Shown here one piece after another: positions 21,601-30,319 of a DNA stretch of 52,985 nucleotides. The DNA comes from Macrostomum lignano (lineage: Eukaryota). The DNA lies in the NCBI GenBank assembly GCA_002269645.1, contig NIVC01001851.1, forward strand, positions 28,746 through 81,730. Reading direction: 5' to 3'. The position numbers were made by a program, and so were the translations under genes. The notes beneath the pieces were generated by a model that had not been told where the DNA came from, ran no database searches, and saw only the letters and a program-made list of their open reading frames with translations. Every line of letters starts with the position of its first letter. Position 1 is the first letter of the stretch.

Positions 21601-24600
21601 GTCAGTCAGTCAGTCAGTCAGTCAGTCAGTCAGCCACTCACTCACTCAAGTCAGTCAGTCAGTCAGTCAGTCAGTCAGTCAGTCAGTCAGTCAGTCAGTC
21701 AGTCAGTCAGTCAGTCAGTCAGTCAGTCAGTCAGTCAGTCAGTCAGTCAGTCAGTCAGTCAGTCAGTCAGTCAGTCAGTCAGTCAGTCAGTCAGTCAGCC
21801 ACTCACTCACTCAAGTCAGTCAGTCAGTCAGTCAGTCAGTCAGTCAGTCAGTCAGTCAGTCAGTCAGTCAGTCAGTCAGTCAGTCAGCCACTCACTCACT
21901 CAAGTCAGTCAGTCAGTCAGTCAGTCAGTCAGTCAGTCAGTCAGTCAGTCAGTCAGTCAGTCAGTCAGTCAGTCAGTCAGTCAGTCAGTCAGTCAGTCAG
22001 TCAGTCAGTCAGTCAGTCAGTCAGTCAGTCACTCACTCAAGTCAGTCAGTCAGTCAGTCAGTCAGTCAGTCAGTCAGTCAGTCAGTCAGTCAGTCAGTCA
22101 GTCAGTCAGTCAGTCAGTCAGTCAGTCAGTCAGTCAGTCAGTCAGTCAGTCAGTCAGTCAGTCAGTCAGTCAGTCAGTCAGTCAGTCAGTCAGTCAGTCA
22201 GTCAGTCAGTCAGTCAGTCAGTCAGTCAGCCACTCAGTCAGTCAGTCAGTCAGTCAGTCAGTCAGTCAGTCAGTCAGTCAGTCAGTCAGTCAGTCAGTCT
22301 GCAAGGATGTCTATTTTCCAGTCAGAGCAAGCGAGTGCAAAGATCAAGTCGCAGATGTGGTGATAATGCTGGATAAATCTGGTAGCATTCTTAGTCACTA
22401 CAGCACTGTTGTGGACTCAGCGAAGGCAATAATCCGGTCGCTAAACATTGGAGAGAGAAATGTTCGGATTGGCGTGCTATCCTTCAATGGCTATTTGTCT
22501 TACTCAGGATCAAAAACGCATGTGAGGGATCTGCTAGAAATGCTTGTAAACCTTGGCGATGAGTTCGACGTCTTCGAAATTATAAGAAAGGTTGACGAAA
22601 GCAAGACTTTAGATAAGTATGAGTTTCGGGGCACGAACACTGGTTCCGCCCTCAAAGAAGTCAAGAAGCTTTTTAACTCAAAAGGCCGAAGAAACGTTTT
22701 CAAAGCCGTCGTTATCATCACGGATGGTGGGAGCAACGACGCCAAAGTACTGTTTCAAGCAGTGTCGGATATAAAAAACGACAATGTCACGCTGTATGCG
22801 GTAGGAGTCGGCGACCCGGACGACTTAGATTTGTGAGCCTCTTTGTTAAGATCTAATTTTTAGTTTGTTCTTTAAATTAGATAGAAGATATTAGCACCAA
22901 TGGTTGGCTGAAAAGTATACAAATCATATACATGTAAAAATATTAAATACCACGGTGTCACTCTTTATGGCACAGTAGTCGACAGCCAATTTGACGTGAA
23001 CCAGCGAGCCACTTTATATGTCTTATTTCTATACTGCTTTAAAATGCGTATGAAAAGTTTAAAGCAGTATGAAGTGAGTTATTATTTCACACCAAGGACA
23101 CCTGTTTGTAGTGGACTTATAAACAGTGTTGGGCACTTCCGTTACCGAGTAACTTGTAAATGGTAACGCAAGTTACTTTTTCGTAAAGCGTTCCTTACGC
23201 AAGTTACTTTCCTATTTTGGTAACGGAGTAACGGTAAGTTACTCAAATTTCGGAAGTCCGTTACAGTTACTTTGCAACAATCGCAATATTTAAATTTAAA
23301 ACTGATATGCTTAGCTATTACTCCAGTTGTCACATTTTTAGCATTTTTCATTCCTAAATTCAAAACTAAGTGAATAATATCATACGGTATTACGCTGTAA
23401 TTAATAAAGAAATACTTGAAACATGTTTTTACTTTGTTATTTTCGGTAAAATATTTTTGCTTTTCGTTTTTAAGTTAATAAAAATATTTTGTTTAGTTCT
23501 TAGAAACAAACAACCAAAGAAAGAAATTCATCTGTAGTCTCCACAAATCCACTCAGTGATCGACGTAGCCAGGAATTTTAATTGGGGGGGGGGGCGGGTT
23601 GGCCTGGCTGGCCATGCCTCATGCCATTGCCACTTTTAGCGCCGCAGGCACTCATTTAAGCGCCGCAAGCACTCATTTAAGCGCCGCAGGCACTCATTTA
23701 AGCGCCGCAGGCACTCAATCGCCTCATGGTTTTTGGTACCCGCCACGCCCAACCCCACCCCCCCAGGTGGGGTGTCTTGCAGGTGGGGTGAAGTTGCCGC
23801 CCCAACGATTGTTAAGGCGGCCTCCCTGGCTACACCACTAAAGTCCACTGGCACTGCACTGCACTGCACAATAATTTAATATTATGATAAATTGAAAATA
23901 AATAAAAAGACTAGTAAAGCAGACTATAGAGTGGAGTAAAGCCAGGTACTTATTACGAGCGATGTATTATCAAGGACAACTGAAGTTACGTTAAGTTGTC
24001 CTTGTGTATTATAACTTATAATGTTATTAAAAATTAAATTGCGTTTTGCCTTTAACGTTTCTGACCTTCAGCTTCTCTTCTTTTACGGAAAGGGCCTAAA
24101 GTGATTAAAATTTAATACAGTTACTGAAATTAATGTTGTTTTATTCTTCCTCTTGGCTTTCGCGATCATTTGTGCTGTTCCAGCGCATTTGCAATGTTAA
24201 AAAAGCAGAAAATTTTGTTAATAACATAGGTAACGGAAGTAAGTAACGGAAGTAACTTAAAAGTTACCGGGTTTTTGTATAAAGTTACTAGGCTAACGTA
24301 AGTTACTTTTTAAAAAGTGGTAACTTAAGTTACAGTAACGCAAGTTACTTTTTTTGAGTAACTTGCCCAACACTGCTTATAAATATATAAGACAACTCTC
24401 CTTTGCTCCAATGAAGGGGTAAATTTAGCACTGAACTAGAAATCTGCGCCCCACATTAATTTTTAAAGCCTTCAATCATTAAGTTATTAAGACAACTGTC
24501 CAGACTAAGATATCAGATCCCCTATGAGCTTTGGCTCAAAGCATCTGTGAAACCCCCATGAGCCAAAGGATTTAAGCCACTCCCCAATGAGCTTTGGCAT

Positions 24601-26608
24601 TTCAGCGATCTTCTCACGAACCAATACAATTAGGGGGCTAGCTTTCCGGGGGGGGGGGTTCGAGGGGGTTTAGGATATCAGCAATCCTTCCATGAGCCTC
24701 AGCATGTGAACAATTCCCCTAAGCCGCAGAGTTCAAGCGATTTCCTTCATGAGCCTATGAGTATCTATGATTATAGAGCGATTCCTCTATAAACATTTAA
24801 TGATTAGCAGGGTGATTCTCTTAAGGTTGAACCCTAACCCTGAGCCTAATACCCCTATCCTAAGCACTAACTCTAAACCTGCTGAAAGTCACAGCAGTTT
24901 AGTCATTCTTCCATGAGCCAAAAAAGTTCAGCAATCAGCACGTTAAGTTTTGGTATGTCAGCGATTCTCTATGAGACTAAAGACTCAGAATTTCACATAT
25001 CCCACCTCTATGAGCCCTGACTATTCAGTGTTGTGTACTTGTACTTTGTACTTCTTTGTTTATGGCCCTCCCCGTGCGCCTTTGATTTATTTTATAAATG
25101 CGATAAGTGTGCCGTGCTCATAGCAACTACACAACATCCTGCAACTACAGTGACGAGCTGAAGATGATCACCTCGCCAGAGTCCGACAGAAACCTCTTCA
25201 TTTTCAACAAATTTGATCAGCTAAGGCATTGGGCTTTAAATTTCTCAGCTCGGCTTTGCATGGAGTTGAGGCCGCCAAATCCGAAGTTGTGCGAAGCTGA
25301 TGTTCAGATCAAGTCCATCTCGCCGTGTCTGTCTGAAAAAATGCAAACCACAACTGTAAACTTCAAGTACGACACCGTTAAAAAGTGCATCAAGCATCTT
25401 AAAAACGAAATAAGTAATGGTTGCAGTAAGTTGCATTTTCTCATTTTTATATATTTCATGTGTATTGTGATGCTCTTTAATACCAATAATGCAGATATAC
25501 TAGTATACTACGTGCAATTTTCCTGAAAGCTTGAGACTTGAGAGTTAGTTGCTCAAGAGTTGCCCAAGAATTTCACGGTTTAATCAAAAGTTTTTTCATC
25601 GTTTGCTTTTAAGTCCCAAAGAAAGACTCTCGATGAAAAGACACCGTAGCCTCAAACGCCAGCCGTCATAGGACTGCTGGAGAATAATACTCAAATATTC
25701 AGTGCACCATGCTCAGTTGAGCTTACAAAATGCACTTAATGCGAACCAAACTTTTAGAGGCCACCTGCGTCGACCCGATTGACGGCAGCGACCACCTGGA
25801 AGGCGAGTCTTGGACCAACATGTGCCACGACTTCCGCTGCGACTCCAGCGGCAATACAATCCTGCCAACCTCAGTTAAGAGTAAGTGTCTGAGCACAGCT
25901 CTTCGTCCCTTCCAGCGCCGCTCCAAGTCACCTCAGTCACTGCATGTCTATCAGCCCTCCCTCAGTCACTGCATGTCTGCCAGCCCTCTCTCAGTCACTG
26001 CATGTCTGTCAGGCCTCCGTCAGTCACTGCATGTCTGCCAGCCCTCCCTCAGTCACTGCATGTCTGCCAGCCCTCCCTCAGTCACTGCATGTCTTCCAGC
26101 CCTCCCTCAGTCACTGCATGTCTGCCAGCCCTCCCTCAGTCACCGCATGTCTGCCAGCCCTCCCTCAGTCACTGCATGTCTGCCAGCCCTCCCTCAATCA
26201 CTGCCTGTCTGCCAGCCCTCCCTCAGTCACTGCCTGTCTGCCAGCCCTCCCTCAGTCACTGCATGTCTGTCAGCCCTCTCTCAGTCACTGCATGTCTGTC
26301 AGCCCTTCCTCAGTCACTGCATGTCTGCCAGCCCTCTCTCAGTCACTGCATGTCTGCCAGCCCTCCCTCAGTCACTGCATGTCTGCCAGCCCTCCCTCAG
26401 TCACTGCACCCGGCCAGCTCCGCAACAATCCAGTTGCTAGGCAGTCCACCACTCGCCCATTCCAGAATGCGTGGCTGCCGACTTCAGCTGCAAGCCGATT
26501 GGCGCGGCGCCGTTTCGCTGCAGAAATATCGACGGCGAGGAGAGAGAAAACTGCCAGTGCATCGACAAGGACGGCGAGGCCGTGCTGGTGGTCGACAACC
26601 CCAACTGA
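12051..26608 (+). CDS. Secreted two-VWA-domain, cysteine-rich extracellular protein (672 aa, 7 exons)
   Basis: Exons 12051-12616, 15820-16073, 21128-21274, 22322-22832, 25151-25425, 25758-25880 and 26466-26608 all have GT-AG ends with compatible phases (2,1,1,2,1,1) and total 2019 nt. The protein has a signal peptide, VWA1 (DLVVAVDTSSS) and VWA2 (DVVIMLDKSGS, TNTG, VIITDGGS, YAVGVG). Both VWA domains are completed by the next exon (HELKAIF, DELKMITSP). Confidence 0.85.
12926..13479. mobile_element. Foldback-type element with ~145-bp inverted arms and a ~260-bp spacer
   Basis: 12926-13072 is the approximate reverse complement of 13336-13479 (e.g. gaacacgaacagtactaactta / taagttagtactgttcgtgttc). 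Confidence 0.7.
13688..13790. repeat. 34-bp-arm inverted repeat (MITE-like hairpin)
   Basis: aatcagcggtcccagtgcgtgacaacgattgtct / agacaatcgttgtcacgcactgcgaccgctgatt with one mismatch. Confidence 0.8.
14300..14495. mobile_element. hAT-type MITE, 196 bp, with an 8-bp TSD
   Basis: TIRs CAGTGGCGCAACCAG / CTGGTTGCGCTACTG; identical AAAGAAAA on both flanks. Confidence 0.9.
16600..16870 (-). mobile_element. Possible tRNA-derived SINE remnant
   Basis: Minus-strand A-box-like tagctggttcagtggataga and B-box-like gggtacgatcc about 40 nt apart; the far end is uncertain. Confidence 0.3.
16929..19671. mobile_element. Non-autonomous CACTA/EnSpm (CMC) DNA transposon, ~2.7 kb
   Basis: TIRs CACTGTAAATTGGAAGGGTCCGAA / TTCGGACCCTTCAGATTTACAGTG, TA on both flanks, many subterminal GGGTCC/GGACCC repeats in opposite orientation at each end. 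Confidence 0.85.
19711..19920. repeat. 64-bp tandem repeat, ~3.3 copies
   Basis: cccttgcctaggttcacc starts at 19711, 19775, 19839 and 19903. Confidence 0.9.
21303..22298 (+). repeat. (CAGT)n microsatellite, ~1 kb, filling intron 3 of the VWA gene
   Basis: Direct reading; periodically interrupted by cagccactcactcactcaag. Confidence 0.97.
22322..22832 (+). CDS. Exon 4: VWA domain 2 with an intact MIDAS
   Basis: DKSGS...TNTG...ITDG; acceptor ttttccag and donor GTGAGC. Confidence 0.9.
23124..24375. mobile_element. Non-autonomous hAT element, 1252 bp, with an 8-bp TSD
   Basis: TIRs CAGTGTTGGGCA / TGCCCAACACTG, identical CTTATAAA on both flanks, dense GTAAC/GTTAC subterminal repeats. Confidence 0.92.
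23554..23840. mobile_element. GC-rich hAT-type MITE nested in the 23124-24375 element
   Basis: Ends cagtgatcgacgtagccagg / cctggctacaccact; near-TSD aatccact / agtccact; internal 3x ~21-bp gcgccgcaggcactcatttaa. Confidence 0.6.
24500..25020. repeat. Old degenerate minisatellite-like region with a cagcgattc..catgagcc motif, including a degenerate (CCCTAA)n patch at ~24832-24880
   Basis: Recurrent catgagc / tatgagc motifs; the reverse-complement motif recurs at ~11260-11560. Confidence 0.45.
25925..26410 (+). repeat. 29-bp minisatellite filling intron 6 of the VWA gene
   Basis: Unit cagccctccctcagtcactgcatgtctgc, ~16 copies. Confidence 0.95.
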
Positions 26609-27288
26609 CAGGCAGACAGTCAGCTGATCGGAATGGCAGCCCTCGAATCAAGCTGGATTGATCGGTGGATTTCCATGTGAAGGAAGGACTAGTATATTCA
26701 CAGTAGTCATGATTACATGTACGTTTTAGCAGCTATTTACGGGAACCATTAATTTATTATCGACACTACACTGCATGATTATCATCCATTAGCCCTGTAG
26801 CTCGCTGATTCCCAACAACAGTTTTTCATTCTTCTGATTATCTATAATGAACGATTATCGCCATAAAGCAAATGCCTCCGATGCGTCTCATCAAACTTGG
26901 ATAAAAATTATTAGCTAGTATGTGCCTATAGAAAATGTATGTATCTGTTTATTTTTGACGTAAATCCTATGCTTTTGATTAAGCAATACCTTCAAAGTTA
27001 ATTTTCAGGGATACTAATCAAGGCGATAACACGGCGAATAAAATATCAATATTAAAATCAATTTTCCAAGCACCCACTTTCGCTATAAATATTAAGATAA
27101 TTTTTTGAATTTACATTGAATTTCACAAGCGCTTGTTCAAATGTCAGGAACATATTTTTTATACAGACTTGCAACATCCTGCAGCGCATACCATTGGCAA
27201 CGGGCATGAATCTACCTCTTTCCATAGATTTCAATCTATCGTAAATATAGATTATGGATTACCGATAATCCAGAGCTACATAGTCAAT

Positions 27289-27482
27289 GGGCCGTATGCA
27301 GAAAGCTTAGTCCAGACTAGCTAGTCCGGGCTTGGGTAGTTCAGTCTATAGTCTATGGTCTAGCTACCCTAGTTCTGTCTATAGTAGACCGGTCTGACTT
27401 TGCGTTTCTGCATATCAAATCCAAGTCCAGACTAGCTTTTCAAGACCGGACTACCCTAGACAGAGCTTTCTGCATACGGCCC
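27289..27482. mobile_element. PIF/Harbinger-type MITE, 194 bp, with a 3-bp TSD
   Basis: 19-bp TIRs GGGCCGTATGCAGAAAGCT / AGCTTTCTGCATACGGCCC; AAT on both flanks. Confidence 0.85.
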
Positions 27483-28520
27483 AATATCTTGAACTGAAAT
27501 GCTTTATCCAGAGAATAAAATTATACAATCACAACAAGCTATTTGGGAGACATACAAGGTTCTGGTGCCCCTAGCGCTGGCGTTCCTTGCGCTGGCGCTC
27601 CTGGGCAATGCGGCGGTGCTGGCGCCTCTTAGCAAAACCCTGGTGCTTGGTTTGCGCCTGTTTCCGTCTCTGCTCGCTTATATTGACTGTAGGAATACCA
27701 AGCCATTTTTGCGCCCGTCGAACTACCAAGAGTGGGGGAATCCCCCTGACAATTTTTTTGCTGAGCCGGAACGGAGCAACGCAGGCACACGAAATTCAAG
27801 AACACAGGCTAACTTTTAGTTGCGCCCCTTTTCGAACAAGAATCAATTTGCCAGCCCTTCGGACCGTCGAGATATTCGACAATTTTGCCAGAAGGTCGGA
27901 TTTTTCCCATAAGCGCCAGTGTATTCAGTCCGGCGCAGCAAAAAAACATTGTCAGGGCCCCCCTCTTGGTTGGTAGTTCTACTGTTAAGGGCAGACTTGC
28001 GTCACCCCATGCAAGAGTCATGATGACAGCTGTGATTTTACATTATAATCGTTCCAAATATGGCTCATTCTTCGATTCTTAGAATTTTCAACTGGCGGAC
28101 AGGAAAATTAAGCATCGACTCGCAGAATTTTCTAATTTTCTTTATTCTCTAAAGAAAATGTTCTGTTCCCGCCTTTCGACGCTGTCCCAGACGGTAATGT
28201 AGTAAGAAAATCTTTAGCACTGTGCGCTTAATCCAAGTATTTTTATTTCATAATTTTTGTCGACATAACGCATTTAGCCGCGCAGTAACCCGATTCGCAA
28301 TCTTTTGAGAAGCCTCAGCGAATTCTCATGGATGATAGAAGGCATCTGGAATCAAGATGAGAAACGTATTGATGTGGAACATCTGGAACTAAGATCGGAT
28401 GAAGCGTTGAAGCGTATATTTAAGCGCTTCGTAGCCGAGCGCACAGTCGCTGCCAGTTGGAAATTCTCAGCTTCCTAAATAGTAGATAAGAGTTTTTTGA
28501 GCCGCGAACGAGCATTTGTC

Positions 28521-29385
28521 ATGGGTAACGGTAAGTCTTTGTTCACCTGACATGTACATTTTCGCGTCTTTAATTTTTAGTAGGTAGAACTTGAGACGCT
28601 TTGCTACAGCGTGCCAGTGTTATGTTGCTGTGTCGCTGACTTGTAGTTAGTTTTGCAGGAGGGCTTCTGATACTTCTACAGGTTGACCCACAGCCAAGTG
28701 AAGAGGCTATCGGTAAATCATGCTCATTCCGCCAATGCCCATGCATTCAGGACGTGTTAGACACTAAATAGCTACTCTTCCCCAGTTGTTGACTTTAGAT
28801 TTCTCAAAATTGTAGCTCTACTTTCAGAATGTGAACCCTTCACTGTAATGATTTTTATACTTCATTCAACTTTCCATTTTTTGCCCTCCTGGCTTTGCTT
28901 CTTAAGACCGGCACTCACTTCTCATTGTTGTATACGCTCATGTGACGTTTTATATCCTTTATGTTTTAGTAAACCTTCTATCCGGACGGAAGAGCCAAGG
29001 CCTTGCGCTCCTGCTGAGTCTGATGGTCATGTCTATCAGCTGCTGTCAAACCAGCGCTGAGTCACAGCATAAAGGCAAATTCCTTTATTGCGGTCCGGCC
29101 AGTCCAGTCATGATAGACTGGCTCTGCCGGTCAATCAAACACCTGGAGAGCTTCGGAATCAAAGACGGCTACATCGATCCGGCTCAGGGATATCTGCCGC
29201 TAAGCGCTCCGCCACCTTGGAAAAAGAGATCCGGCAATCCTACTAGCGAGCAATCAACTGACGAGCTTCTAGACGACCTACCGGATGAGGCGACAATAAT
29301 TAAACGAGGAATTCACGCGCACGTGGCCATGTCGCTTTGTTGCAGACGCATGTGCGATGCCAGAGTGTTCTGCAAAGGCTACTGA
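28521..29385 (+). CDS. Insulin/relaxin-superfamily peptide precursor (141 aa, 2 coding exons)
   Basis: Exons 28521-28530 (ATGGGTAACG|gtaagt) and 28970-29385. Signal peptide; B chain CGPASPVMIDWLC (C-x11-C); KKR and KR cleavage sites; A chain CCRRMCDARVFC. Confidence 0.8.
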
Positions 29386-30319
29386 TGTCAGTTCAAACAG
29401 TAGTAGCATGCAGTAGTATAGTGCTGTGCTCGTACTAATTGGGAGATTAAAATACTGGCATGGCTGATTCTATGTCGTCTAGTAGTGCTGGATAAATCAC
29501 GACGTCAACAAATACACCGAGCTCTTTTCTGTCTGCTATCAGACACTCGAGAAGTTAAATCAAACTTGCATGCAATTCTCTTTTTGTACATATATTAAGA
29601 TTACAGACGGATACCTACTAATCTGTAACTTATGCAATAAGTTTTGTGTACATACATGTTCTCCGAAAGGGGATGCCAATTTAGAGACTGGAATGAAGCC
29701 TGAAGTTAATCTCAGAGTTTAGTAGTTTTTCTAGCACACTACATGTACAGTATAGTTTGGTTCTACCACGCGGTTGTTCATGTAGCAAATTGGGCCCGCG
29801 CACAGTGAGTGACGCGATACAGTGTTGGTCTCTCAGTTGGTTTCTCAATTAATCAATACAGTATTCAATACAGTATTCAATACAGTATGAATTTAAATTT
29901 TGAAGAATAAATTTGAAATGGAAAGCAATCAAGACTCAGTCAAATTTACAGTGTAGTAGCTGTGGCTCGTATAAAATTCTTGTGTCTCTCTCGCGTTTTT
30001 AGATCGATCGGCAAGGATTGTACAAATAAATAATCCGCAATCAGAAGCGCGTGTTTTGATAGTCTTCACTCTTCAATACTTCAAACCCTGTCGTGGACAT
30101 CCAACGGCTTTTGAATCTTGTTTTTTATTAACATGAACATCTACACTGCGCATTTTTATATTAATTTTTTAAGATGTGGTAAGCAAGAGAAGTAATTAAT
30201 TAAACTTTCCTAATATATTTACACTAAATTTTACACATTTTGTTTATATACATGAAAATTTTATTTAAAACTAGACTTGTTTTCATTTTCATTTTCTCAG
30301 GTATTGCACCACAGAGAAC

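Noticed and set aside
25885-26661. Long Cys/His/Ser-rich ORFs across the 29-bp array, and retention of this 585-bp intron
   Set aside because: The ORFs are repeat translations. Although the intron length is a multiple of 3, an in-frame TAG at 26438-26440 blocks read-through.
28682-28712. Extra micro-exon of the insulin-like gene
   Set aside because: It is 31 nt with AG/GT ends, but inclusion gives an immediate TGA and a frameshift.
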